Below, piece by piece: positions 38,365 through 47,908 of a stretch of DNA of 64,000 nt (the stretch's first letter is position 1; each line of letters starts with the position of its first letter). The position numbers and the translations under genes were made by a program. Source of the stretch: an uncultured Candidatus Saccharibacteria bacterium (GTDB taxonomy: Bacteria; Patescibacteriota; Saccharimonadia; Saccharimonadales; Saccharimonadaceae); contig CAUVOY010000004.1 in the NCBI GenBank assembly GCA_963553885.1, positions 1,683 to 65,682 of the forward strand. The letters are read 5' to 3'. The notes beneath the pieces are model-generated. The model searched no databases and was not told the DNA's origin. It saw only the letters and a program-made list of their open reading frames with translations.

Positions 38365-38874
38365 TCAGCGATCAGCTGATCTTTTTCTTTTATTTTTTCG
38401 AGAATTTGCGCCAGGCTTTACCGAATTTTTATCAATGAAATTCACCCGCAGCAACAATACCCACAAAGCCGACAAAAAGAGCAGCGCCCATAAACCTCCC
38501 GGCAAATTAGCTGTCGCACCAAAAAGCGTAGATGTAGTATTATTTACAGCAGCCATAAATTCTAAAACAGATAGAGCCGCTAAAATAATGAAGCCGCAAA
38601 CTTTACTTGCTCGAATAACATTACTTGGTGCACTCATCTTCAAAAGATACGGTAAGGCCGCCAATTCCGCTACAACAAGCAAACTACCCACCAGCAAACT
38701 AACAACGGGAGCAACCCCAGCGCCAACTAGCAACCCGGGGAAATTTTCAAACGTAAACAATTGTGCCAACAGCATTATTAAGATAAAGATACTTAAAACG
38801 AGTCTAATCATCCAGTCAAAGGAGATCAGGTGTATTTTAGCCGTTTTCTTACTCTTTCTTCGCCGCGTCGCCAT
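38365..38874 (-). CDS. Hypothetical membrane protein
   Basis: Four hydrophobic segments. Confidence 0.7.
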   Translation of the reverse strand: MATRRRKSKKTAKIHLISFDWMIRLVLSIFILIMLLAQLFTFENFPGLLVGAGVAPVVSLLVGSLLVVAELAALPYLLKMSAPSNVIRASKVCGFIILAALSVLEFMAAVNNTTSTLFGATANLPGGLWALLFLSALWVLLLRVNFIDKNSVKPGANSRKNKRKRSADR

Positions 38875-38935
38875 ACGTTTAGTATAGCCCGGATATTCAA
38901 AAAGCTCAAGTTTGTTGTATTTTTTACCAAAATCC

Positions 38936-39066
38936 TTGCGCTTTTATAAAAAAATTCGTATAGTAATAGCAAGCGAACGTTACAAAAACAAACACCATAT
39001 ATCAGTATCTTTCGCTCTACGACATCCACCACAACATGAGGCGCCTCTGGCTACAGGGGCGCTTCA
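38936..39066 (+). ncRNA. Candidate small RNA unit
   Basis: TTGCGC-17-TATAGT, AGCGAA/TTCGCT stem, terminal GAGGCGCCTCTG/CAGGGGCGCTTC hairpin. Confidence 0.35.
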
Positions 39067-39110
39067 CTAAAATATATCCATATTTGATAGAATATATGAG
39101 ATTTAATACG

Positions 39111-39782
39111 TTACTCCGACTGAGCCTTGCTGGTTAAAATTTCTGACTGTTCCATCCGCCATTTCGCAATTTCACCGTGATGTCCGCTTAGTAGCACCTT
39201 AGGGACTTTTAGTCCGTTGTATTCTTCCGGCCGTGTATATTGCGGGAATTCTAGAGTTTTTCCATCAGAAAAGCTCTCAATCTCCGCCGATTTTTCACCG
39301 CCAAGCACGCCGGGGATAAGCCGCACTATCGAGTCAATTACCGCCATCGCTGGCAACTCGCCGCCAGTCAGCACGAAATCGCCAATACTCCACTGCTCGT
39401 CAACCACCTCTAAGATTCGCTCATCGACCCCCTCGTAGCGCCCGCATATAAAAATCAGTCCACGTCCGCTATTCGCCTCGCTCTGCGCCTTTGCCTGGTG
39501 CCAGCGCTGTCCGCGCGGACTAGTTAATATAACTTTCGCACTTTTATCGCGCGACTTGGCAAATTTTACCGCTCGCCATAACGGCTCAATCATCAACAGC
39601 ATACCATCGCCGCCGCCATACGGCGTATCGTCTACTTGACGGCGCGGCCCCAGTCCAAAATCGCGCAAATTAATCGTTTCTAATTTAACAATCTCATCTT
39701 TTTGCGCTTTCCACATCATCGAACTTTCGAACACGCCGGTAAACATCTCCGAAAATAGGGTGATTACTTGGAACCTTCTCAT
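39111..39782 (-). CDS. trmD: tRNA (guanine-N1)-methyltransferase
   Basis: VDDTPYGGG, CGRYEGVDER, SIGDFVLTGGE. Confidence 0.97.
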   Translation of the reverse strand: MRRFQVITLFSEMFTGVFESSMMWKAQKDEIVKLETINLRDFGLGPRRQVDDTPYGGGDGMLLMIEPLWRAVKFAKSRDKSAKVILTSPRGQRWHQAKAQSEANSGRGLIFICGRYEGVDERILEVVDEQWSIGDFVLTGGELPAMAVIDSIVRLIPGVLGGEKSAEIESFSDGKTLEFPQYTRPEEYNGLKVPKVLLSGHHGEIAKWRMEQSEILTSKAQSE

Positions 39783-39845
39783 CTGTTACAGTTTAGCAGT
39801 TATTGACTAAAATGTCCATACGTGATATAATAGAAAAATGTACAC

Positions 39846-39955
39846 CAAAAAACCGCCATCACAACGAAGGCGGCTTTTTAGCACAAATAAGGCTCTCAAC
39901 GGATTATCCGTTGCTCGCATAGAGCTCGTTCTCGCATAGTCTGTGCTTGAACTTG
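39846..39955 (-). ncRNA. Candidate structured small RNA
   Basis: TGCTATAAT promoter (39962-39970), long bulged hairpin, GCCGCC/GGCGGT terminator plus U-tract. Confidence 0.5.
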
Positions 39956-40051
39956 TTTATGATTATAGCACAGCAGAATGAGTAGCGACAATAGTTTTTT
40001 CTAAAAACATTACTATTTTACGTAACGGCGATATTTAGTCCGCAGCATATG

Positions 40052-40444
40052 CTAAATATCAAGGTCGTCCAACTCAGCGAGTTCCTTGCGAGCATTCTCT
40101 GCGTATGAAGATTTGCTCTCTGCAGGCTCATTCGTTGAAATTTCTGTAGCCCCATCAGACGAATCATCGTGCCGATAACGCTGTGAACCTGTAAAACCGT
40201 CATTATTAACAATCTTCAGATTATAACGCGCATCATTCTTTGAGCCCAAAGCTCGAAGCAATGTTCGCAGACTCTGCGCCGTGCCGCCGCGCTTGCCGAT
40301 CACCCGCCCCAAGTCTTCCGGATTCACCGTCAGCGTCAAAAGCACGCCTTTTTCATCAATCTCTCGCTCTACCGCAACGTCGTCTGGATGCCCGACTAAT
40401 GCTTTTACGACATACTCCACAAATTGCTGATCTATTGTTGACAT
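40052..40444 (-). CDS. khpA: KH-domain RNA-binding protein KhpA
   Basis: DLGRVIGKRGGTAQSLRTLL. Confidence 0.9.
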   Translation of the reverse strand: MSTIDQQFVEYVVKALVGHPDDVAVEREIDEKGVLLTLTVNPEDLGRVIGKRGGTAQSLRTLLRALGSKNDARYNLKIVNNDGFTGSQRYRHDDSSDGATEISTNEPAESKSSYAENARKELAELDDLDI

Positions 40445-40514
40445 TCTGCCCCTCCTCCTGGAATTAAACTGTACTTTCATTATACACGAGCGGTTTGCCC
40501 CGTGCAAACTTTTA

Positions 40515-41231
40515 TCATTTTTCGCCAGATTCTTTATATTTAGCAATCGCAGCGCGGGCAGCTTGCTGCTGAGCCACTTGCTTGGAAGGGCCGATGCCGC
40601 GCCCCATCATCACTTCACCGACGAACACTCCAAGCGTGAAAACCTTATCATGATCTGGACCTTCCTCGCCCAAAACTTTGTACACTGGCGTCTGATTGTC
40701 GACGCGCTGAGAAATTTCCTGTAAATACGACTTCGGATCGCGCCAACTGCCTGATTCCAATATTCCGTCCAGCTTGACAATAATATGCTTATGTATAAAA
40801 TCTCGGGCATCGTCAAATCCGCGTTCCAGATAAATCGCGCCAATTACCGCCTCAAACGCATTGGCTAAAATCTGCAAGTGCGCCCGATCCGAGCCATTTT
40901 TCTCGCCCTTTGACATGCGAATCAGCGGCCCATAACCCAACTTATCTCCCGCATCACCAATGCTTTCCGTGCGCACCAGTGCCGCTCGCCAAGCTGTCAA
41001 GATCCCTTCTGGTTCGGAAAAATGCGTAAATAAATACTCCGTCACCGCTAGCTCCAACACCGCATCACCTAAAAATTCCAGCCGCTCATTATGCTCATGA
41101 ACTGAGTTTCTGTGTTCATTAACATAGCTGCGATGCGTCAAAGCTGTAATCAACAGACCCAAATTATTAAACTCAAACCCCAGATTCTTACGCGCAAAAT
41201 CCTGGTACGGCGCCGTATTCATTCCACTCAT
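40515..41231 (-). CDS. rnc: Ribonuclease III
   Basis: NERLEFLGDAVL, dsRBD. Confidence 0.97.
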   Translation of the reverse strand: MSGMNTAPYQDFARKNLGFEFNNLGLLITALTHRSYVNEHRNSVHEHNERLEFLGDAVLELAVTEYLFTHFSEPEGILTAWRAALVRTESIGDAGDKLGYGPLIRMSKGEKNGSDRAHLQILANAFEAVIGAIYLERGFDDARDFIHKHIIVKLDGILESGSWRDPKSYLQEISQRVDNQTPVYKVLGEEGPDHDKVFTLGVFVGEVMMGRGIGPSKQVAQQQAARAAIAKYKESGEK

Positions 41232-41729
41232 TTACAAATTCTCCTGTCTGATTCGTTTCATTGCTAATAAGATTAGCTTGCCAATATCTTCGTACTCGAC
41301 TTCGTCCAGCGCCTCATGAAAACTAAACCATTTTAACCCGTTCATCCATTCTTCTTTCTGAAGTTTTTCATATGGATTTAAAGCTTTCACTAGATAAACT
41401 TGCGTGGTCATCAATACTAATTTATCAATTCGACGATAACGAAAATTTACCTTACCCAGCCAACCATGCAATTCAATATTTTTTAATCCAGTCTCTTCGC
41501 CAATCTCCCGCCGCGCTGTCACTTGAGCCGTTTCACCCGGTTCAATGTGACCCTTGGGGATTGTCCAGCGATCGCGGGCGTCTTGGTATAACAAAAAATT
41601 GACTTCGCCCTTTTTATTACGCCGAAAAATCACGCCGCCAGCAGTCGGCTCGCGCACAATCTCCTGAATTGTCGGCTTTTTTCTGCCGCCAAAATATTTT
41701 TTTATATGATCAAAATTGCTTGTTCTCAC
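41232..41729 (-). CDS. NUDIX hydrolase
   Basis: PKGHIEPGETAQVTARREIGEETGL. Confidence 0.88.
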   Translation of the reverse strand: MRTSNFDHIKKYFGGRKKPTIQEIVREPTAGGVIFRRNKKGEVNFLLYQDARDRWTIPKGHIEPGETAQVTARREIGEETGLKNIELHGWLGKVNFRYRRIDKLVLMTTQVYLVKALNPYEKLQKEEWMNGLKWFSFHEALDEVEYEDIGKLILLAMKRIRQENL

Positions 41730-42168
41730 TATCGGATTCCTCCACAAGGTTGCGGAGCGCCGTGCCGAGCACGCCATTCACAAACTTCCCCGAGTTATCC
41801 GAACCGAACGCCTTTGCTAATTCCACCGCTTCATTTATCGCCACCTTAGGCGGCACGCTATCTACGCAAAACAGCAGTTCATATAAGCCAATCCTTAGAA
41901 CCATTCTGTCGATCCGCAAGATTTGCTCTAGCGGCCATTCTGGCGCTAACGGGCGAAGTTCCTCATCCAACTTTGCCGTACTAGACAACACACCGCTAAC
42001 TAAATTGTCAATAAAAGTCACATCATCGATCGACGATTTATACTCTGCCAAATTGCGTTCTAAAATATCTTTATAGTTTAGATTTTTGTCGCCCGCATCC
42101 TTTCGAAATTCATATTCGTACAGTGTCTGCAGCGCGACAATTCGTCCCAAATGACGGTTTGATGCCAT
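41710..42168 (-). CDS. nusB: Transcription antitermination factor NusB
   Basis: VAINEAVELAKAFG, FVNGVLG. Confidence 0.95.
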   Translation of the reverse strand: MASNRHLGRIVALQTLYEYEFRKDAGDKNLNYKDILERNLAEYKSSIDDVTFIDNLVSGVLSSTAKLDEELRPLAPEWPLEQILRIDRMVLRIGLYELLFCVDSVPPKVAINEAVELAKAFGSDNSGKFVNGVLGTALRNLVEESDSENKQF

Positions 42169-42192
42169 TCCTAAGCGTCCTGTTCGTAATTA

Positions 42193-42339
42193 CTATTTTT
42201 TAGTTTTACCAGTCTCGCGCTTGGTCGTCTTAACCTTGACTGGCGACGTACTGTTGACGCGGCGCGCTAATTTTAACACCAGATGACTGCGGCGAAGACC
42301 CGTCTTGCGCGGGCTGCTCTGTTTCTTTGGTTGTGCCAT
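42193..42339 (-). CDS. rpmF: 50S ribosomal protein L32 (Cys-free; not in ORF track)
   Basis: Hand translation MAQPKKQSSPRKTGLRRSHLVLKLARRVNSTSPVKVKTTKRETGKTKK; AGGAG SD. Confidence 0.88.
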   Translation of the reverse strand: MAQPKKQSSPRKTGLRRSHLVLKLARRVNSTSPVKVKTTKRETGKTKK

Positions 42340-42520
42340 ACTTATCTCCTCTTTCGGTTTATTTTTAAAACTTACAGATCATTATAATGTTTTTAGCAAA
42401 AAATCTCAAGTTTTTACCGTAAAATACAGGGGTTTTAGTAAAGTGCCTGGCTTTTCATGACATTTATCATAGTACAGAGATATAAATGAATCGCCATCGC
42501 CAAAGAACAATCAACACAGC

Positions 42521-45157
42521 CTAAACAACTATATTCACTAATTTCTTCGGCACATAAATCACCTTTTTCGGTGGTTTATTGCTTGTGAATTTGATGACAT
42601 TTTCATTGGCCAGCGCTGCTTGTTCGATAGCATCCTTATCGGCGTCGGCCGGTAGCTCCAATTTGGCGCGAAGCTTACCATTGACCTGCACAATGATAGT
42701 CATCGTGTCGCTAGTAAGGTGTTTATCATCCCATTTCGGCCAGTGATCGACATGAATGGTATCAGTACGGCCTAATTCATGCCACAATTCTTCGGTGATA
42801 TGTGGCGCAAACGGTGCTAAGATTTGTAGCAAACTCTCCAGACTGAATCGCCATGTTTCTGACGATTGAATGCCGTGCGTTTCTTTGAATTTATATAAAC
42901 CATTAACCATTTCCATCATTGCCGCCACCGCGGTATTGAACTTCTCATCCTCAATGTCGCGGGTAACTTTCTTGATAGTGAGATGAGTGAGGCGCAATAA
43001 TTCAGAAGAATCAGTCGATGACGATGGGTCGCTCAAGGAAGGGTCAGTGGATACATCACCTCCTCCGACAGAGGCTGTGGAACGTTCGCGAGGAGCGGAC
43101 GTTTCAGCCGAACGCTCACGAGACATCTCCAGCGGAGATGCGAGTGAAGAGTGTACTCTGGCGGAGGATGGTGATGTATCCGCAACCACAAATTCCTGCA
43201 CCAAATTCCACACTCGGTTTAAGAACCGATACGTCCCCGGCACCCCGCGCGGATCCCACGGCGCATCCATATCATACGGCGCGATAAACATTTCATACAC
43301 GCGCAGCGCATCAGCCCCATAACCGCTGTCCATAATCTCCATCGGATCAATGACATTGCCCTTGGACTTACTCATTTTTTGACCGTCCGGCGCCATAATG
43401 TAGGCGTTATACATCATCCGCTTGAACGGTTCCGGCGTCGGCACCAAGCCAAGTTTATAGAAAAATCGCATCCAAAAACGACTATACAGAAGGTGCGCTA
43501 CCGCATGATCGGCGCCATTGTAATAATCAACCGGCATCCAGTGATTAATCAGCTCTGGATCCCACGCCTGAGCGTCATTGTGCGGGTCAAGATAGCGCAG
43601 GAAATACCAGCTCGAGCAAGCGTATCCATCCAGCGTGTCAGTTTCGCGCCGGCCTTCATGCCAACTGTCGCCCGCGGGCTTCGGCTCGGTAATCGGCAGG
43701 GTTTTGCCCGTCTCAACATCAACCCACACACGTACCCAATCATCGACTTGCGCTAGGACCGAGGTGTTACCATCCGTCGGCTTGAAGTTCTCGACCTCTG
43801 GCAAAATCACCGGCAAGCACTCATCGGCCACGGCAATTGGCGCGTAACCATCAACATGAACTATCGGGATCGGCGCACCCCAGTATCGCTGGCGAGAAAT
43901 CAGCCAATCGCGCATTTTATAGGTAGTCTTGCTCCGGCCCAGACCTTGTTGCTCTAGCCAGGCCACCACCTGTTCGCGAGCCTCTTCGCTGCGCAGGCCG
44001 TCAAAATCGCCCGAATTAATCAATTCGCCTTCGCCCGTGTAACAGCCAGCATCCGCCGAGTTTTCTGGCTTTTCAATCACTTGCACTACTGGCAAATCAA
44101 ATTTTTCGGCAAACTCCAAATCGCGCTCATCATGCGCCGGCACTGCCATAATTGCGCCAGTGCCGTAACCACCGAGGATGTAGTCCGCCACCCAAATTGG
44201 CACTTTTTGGCCATTGACTGGATTGATAGCATAACTACCAGTAAATACGCCGGTTTTATCTTTATTTTCCTGGCGTTCAACGTCGGACTTCTGCTGCGCC
44301 GCTTGAATATATGCTTCGACTTTAGCACGCGTGTCGGCATTAACCAACCGAGAGACCAGTGGATGTTCTGGCGCCAGCGCCACATACGTCGCGCCAAACA
44401 GCGTGTCGGGGCGCGTAGTGAAAACAGTTATGACGTCGTCGCGGCCTTCAACCGCAAACTCAACCTCCGCACCGACCGACCGACCGATCCAATTTTTCTG
44501 CATAGTTTTGACCATTTCCGTCCAATCCAAGTCATCAGTTGCCTCCAAAATCTCATCGGCATAGGCCGTAATGCGGAAAAACCACTGTTTGAGGTTGCGC
44601 TTGGTGACAGGATTGCCGCAGCGCCAACATTTGCCGCCCTCAACTTGCTCGTTAGCTAGCACCGTATTGTCAGTATCACACCACCACTGTGGCTGCTCCT
44701 TTTGGTACGCCAAATCGTGCTTGTACAGCTGCGTAAAAATCCACTGGGTCCACTTGTAATACTCGGGGTCAGCGGTGGAAATCTCCTTTGACCAATCATA
44801 GCTAAATCCGAGCCGTTTCAGCTGGGCGATGAAATGTGCTTTGGCTTCATCATGTGCCACCCGCGGCGTTTTGCCAACCTTGATGGCGTAGTTCTCCACT
44901 GGCAAACCAAAGCTATCCCAGCCAATTGGATGGTACACATTGTAGCCTTGCTGACGCTTCAGGCGCGCCTTGATGTCGGCAAATTGAAACGTCCGACCGT
45001 GACCAATGTGAATACCCGCACCAGTGATGCCAGGAAGCATGCTGAGACTATAGTACTTTGGGCGCGTCGTATCACTAAGGTTAGTGACATAAGTGCCGTC
45101 AGCCTCCCATTTATCTTGCCATTTTTTCTCAATTTCCGTCGGATTATATCGTTTCAT
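42521..45157 (-). CDS. leuS: Leucine-tRNA ligase carrying an in-frame repeat insertion
   Basis: HIGH and KMSKS motifs, DWLISRQRYWG; start set at ATG 45157. Confidence 0.97.
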   Translation of the reverse strand: MKRYNPTEIEKKWQDKWEADGTYVTNLSDTTRPKYYSLSMLPGITGAGIHIGHGRTFQFADIKARLKRQQGYNVYHPIGWDSFGLPVENYAIKVGKTPRVAHDEAKAHFIAQLKRLGFSYDWSKEISTADPEYYKWTQWIFTQLYKHDLAYQKEQPQWWCDTDNTVLANEQVEGGKCWRCGNPVTKRNLKQWFFRITAYADEILEATDDLDWTEMVKTMQKNWIGRSVGAEVEFAVEGRDDVITVFTTRPDTLFGATYVALAPEHPLVSRLVNADTRAKVEAYIQAAQQKSDVERQENKDKTGVFTGSYAINPVNGQKVPIWVADYILGGYGTGAIMAVPAHDERDLEFAEKFDLPVVQVIEKPENSADAGCYTGEGELINSGDFDGLRSEEAREQVVAWLEQQGLGRSKTTYKMRDWLISRQRYWGAPIPIVHVDGYAPIAVADECLPVILPEVENFKPTDGNTSVLAQVDDWVRVWVDVETGKTLPITEPKPAGDSWHEGRRETDTLDGYACSSWYFLRYLDPHNDAQAWDPELINHWMPVDYYNGADHAVAHLLYSRFWMRFFYKLGLVPTPEPFKRMMYNAYIMAPDGQKMSKSKGNVIDPMEIMDSGYGADALRVYEMFIAPYDMDAPWDPRGVPGTYRFLNRVWNLVQEFVVADTSPSSARVHSSLASPLEMSRERSAETSAPRERSTASVGGGDVSTDPSLSDPSSSTDSSELLRLTHLTIKKVTRDIEDEKFNTAVAAMMEMVNGLYKFKETHGIQSSETWRFSLESLLQILAPFAPHITEELWHELGRTDTIHVDHWPKWDDKHLTSDTMTIIVQVNGKLRAKLELPADADKDAIEQAALANENVIKFTSNKPPKKVIYVPKKLVNIVV
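43049..43181. repeat. Palindromic repeat element, in-frame copy inside leuS
   Basis: GGATACATCACC/GGTGATGTATCC 12-bp terminal inverted repeat; core about 89% identical to 25575-25691. Confidence 0.9.
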
Positions 45158-45221
45158 ACCCGTAATTATATCAAAGAACTCCGCCTCAAAAAACGGAGTT
45201 TCCTTGACATATGCGCATTTC

Positions 45222-46412
45222 CTATGCAGATTGAGAGACTGAAGAGCTAGACATACCCTTGAATAGTTCTTCAACAACTGATTTCAGACTAGCAGCATTA
45301 GACGGGATATTAATGGATTCGGTTTTACTCGTATCAATATCGAGAGATAAACTCGCCGATGAATCTTTGCCTTTACCCTTAATCTCAACTGCTTTTAGCG
45401 CATGCGAATTGACATCAGCCCAAATTTTTAACGTGCCGTTAGACTTGCCTGTTTTATTTGCCGACCCGTTATTGCGGCGTACATCCTTAGTACATTTTTT
45501 AATATCTTTGCCAATTGACGTATTTTCTAAGGCTTTCGAAAAATCCTTTGCCTTAGCTGCAGCTTCATCGCTATTTAAATCTATCTCAAAGCCACGACCG
45601 CCATTACGATCGTCAATTTTTGTATCTTTTATAATTAAGAAACTGTTTTGCCTATATATATCGGCAATCTCTTTTCGGGCCTTGCTGTCATTTTGCAGTT
45701 TTTTAACAATCTCCGCCGAGCATTTAATGTCGGTATTATTGTTGGCGATGTCTTCGGCTGTCGTCTTTAGCCATTTACCATCAATTTTTGACATCTTCTC
45801 CTCAAGCTGCGATATAATTTGCTTTTTAACAGCTTCTATTTGCTGCTTTAACGACGGGCTGGCTTCGTACGTCGAGCTTGGTATATTTGCGTCTATCGCC
45901 AAGCTAACCACACTTTTCACCAAATCCCGCACGCCGTTTAGCTTAATGTAAATCGCACCATCCTGATCAGTAACAACAGCAGCCTTCAAATTAACAGTTT
46001 TTGAAACGTTCTTAAGAGTTATTTTTGCCTCAACGTCAGTTTTAGTTTTCGGTGCATCGGCAGCAGATTTGATATTTAATTCAATTTTACTGTCATTATT
46101 AGCAATCACTGTCATCTTGCCGTTTACAACCGCCTTTTTGGTCGTCATGGTATTGACCACAGCATCAGTTACTACCTTCTGCGGATTCTGCCACCATAAG
46201 AAATACAATAGCGCGGCAGCAATGGCTAAAATTAAAATTAGTACACCAGAAACAATGCCAACAATTAGCCCAACTTTTTTCTTCGGCTTTAGCGCCGCAC
46301 TACCATACGGCGGATGTGCCGCAGGTACAGATGAAGCGGCTGGCTTTTTTTGCGACTTCGACAATGATCCAGACGGCGACTTCTGTGCTTTTGCCTGTTT
46401 ACTATTATCCAT
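45222..46412 (-). CDS. Hypothetical membrane-anchored surface protein
   Basis: Single N-terminal TM, Lys-rich extracellular part. Confidence 0.75.
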   Translation of the reverse strand: MDNSKQAKAQKSPSGSLSKSQKKPAASSVPAAHPPYGSAALKPKKKVGLIVGIVSGVLILILAIAAALLYFLWWQNPQKVVTDAVVNTMTTKKAVVNGKMTVIANNDSKIELNIKSAADAPKTKTDVEAKITLKNVSKTVNLKAAVVTDQDGAIYIKLNGVRDLVKSVVSLAIDANIPSSTYEASPSLKQQIEAVKKQIISQLEEKMSKIDGKWLKTTAEDIANNNTDIKCSAEIVKKLQNDSKARKEIADIYRQNSFLIIKDTKIDDRNGGRGFEIDLNSDEAAAKAKDFSKALENTSIGKDIKKCTKDVRRNNGSANKTGKSNGTLKIWADVNSHALKAVEIKGKGKDSSASLSLDIDTSKTESINIPSNAASLKSVVEELFKGMSSSSVSQSA

Positions 46413-46453
46413 AAATCCCCTCTCTCTATTTAAGCACTTTATACTATAGCAAA

Positions 46454-47746
46454 TTACCCTTTAAATTGCGAGAAAAATTGATTTTTCCTGGCAATCCACT
46501 GCGGCGTTTGGCGCACTAACTTTTTCTCATCCTCAGTACTATGAAGATTTATTTTTATGGCCTCCTCTAACCATACTCCGCCGCTAGAACCCTTAAATAA
46601 AGCAATGCCTTCAGATTTTAATTTATCGCGAACAAATGCTCCGGCTTCAATTGCATTACGGCATTCTTTTACCTGGCAGCCTTTCTGGCGAGCAGCTGGC
46701 GCCAAATACATATTCGCTTTTTCGCCAACCGTAACAACCCAATCCAGCAGCTCCGTACTGCAATGCGACCCCAAATCAGCATGGGCCTGTTCAAAAATGC
46801 CGCGCAGCCCGTTCATATTACCCAACACAGCAATCCGCTGCGGCGTTTCCATCTTATATAGCGACTGTAAAGCCGCCAATGCTGTCAACGGCGTTGAACT
46901 ATAACTATCGTCCAGCAGCCACGTGTTGTCCGCGCCGCGAAGCAAATTCATTCTTCCCGGCAGCGGACGCAAGCTTTCCACGCCTTTTTTAATATTATCC
47001 TCGCTTTCACCTGTAGCATAACCAACAGCCGCTGCTACAATTACTGGACGGATATTATGCTCGCCAATCAACTTGACGTTGACTTCCAATCCTTCGGTAT
47101 TTTCCGGCGACATAATAAAACCATGATGTCCGTCCTCCAAAGAAAAATTACGGTCATCAAAATTATACTCCGCCACCGGATCGCTGCCATATGTCGTAAT
47201 ATTAGGATTTGTCAAAAAGCTCGCAAAACGCCCATCAATATCATCGCGATTAATCATTGCCATCCGCGAAAAGTTTGCTAATGAAATCATCTCGTTTGCC
47301 ACCTCCTCCAGCGAATGCTCAACCTGCATACGTCCGTTTGTTACAGAAGTTACAATAGTAATATCGGGAATTATATAACTCCTAAACCACTCATTATAGC
47401 CAGGTTCTTGCGGATTAAATTCCTGAACAATTAACTGAACCGCCGAGTTTTCTGTTTTAATATATTTTTTTATCTTGCGCCGCAACCTAAGCCACCTAAA
47501 TATCCCTTTTTCCGGCATATTTATACCCATTAACTGTAATAGAACGTCAGCCTTAGTCCTGGGCTCTTCTTCGTTAAGCCTGATATTAAATTGCTGCGCC
47601 AAAACTGTACCTATGGCAATTTTCGCACTGGCCTTACCAGCACTACCTGTAACGGCAATTATTTTTATACCGGGATGAGCCGCGAAGAATTCTCGCACCA
47701 ATTCCGCCAGCTTTTCTTCTTTCTTTTTTGAAATTATAACAACCAT
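46454..47746 (-). CDS. Mur ligase (MurF-like)
   Basis: VTGSAGK, GRM, DDSYSS, LGNM, FKGS. Confidence 0.85.
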   Translation of the reverse strand: MVVIISKKKEEKLAELVREFFAAHPGIKIIAVTGSAGKASAKIAIGTVLAQQFNIRLNEEEPRTKADVLLQLMGINMPEKGIFRWLRLRRKIKKYIKTENSAVQLIVQEFNPQEPGYNEWFRSYIIPDITIVTSVTNGRMQVEHSLEEVANEMISLANFSRMAMINRDDIDGRFASFLTNPNITTYGSDPVAEYNFDDRNFSLEDGHHGFIMSPENTEGLEVNVKLIGEHNIRPVIVAAAVGYATGESEDNIKKGVESLRPLPGRMNLLRGADNTWLLDDSYSSTPLTALAALQSLYKMETPQRIAVLGNMNGLRGIFEQAHADLGSHCSTELLDWVVTVGEKANMYLAPAARQKGCQVKECRNAIEAGAFVRDKLKSEGIALFKGSSGGVWLEEAIKINLHSTEDEKKLVRQTPQWIARKNQFFSQFKG

Positions 47747-47775
47747 AACTACATCATACCACAAGCGGCATGAAA

Positions 47776-47867
47776 GAGCTGCTACGCGCCCACCCGGGGC
47801 ATGTTTGAAACGTGTTGTTTGTCTTTCAATTGGCAAGCATAGGAGATGCCCCTATGCGTACCAGCTC
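47776..47867 (-). ncRNA. Candidate multibranch structured RNA
   Basis: GAGCTG/CAGCTC closing stem with three internal hairpins; strand inferred from context. Confidence 0.4.
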
Positions 47868-47908
47868 ACGATCAATTATGCACTATCCAGTAAAAAAACA
47901 CAAGCACA

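Noticed and set aside
43049..43181. leuS insert as an intein or self-splicing intron
   Set aside because: Too short, lacks intein terminal residues and group I/II consensus, and has a near-identical intergenic copy.
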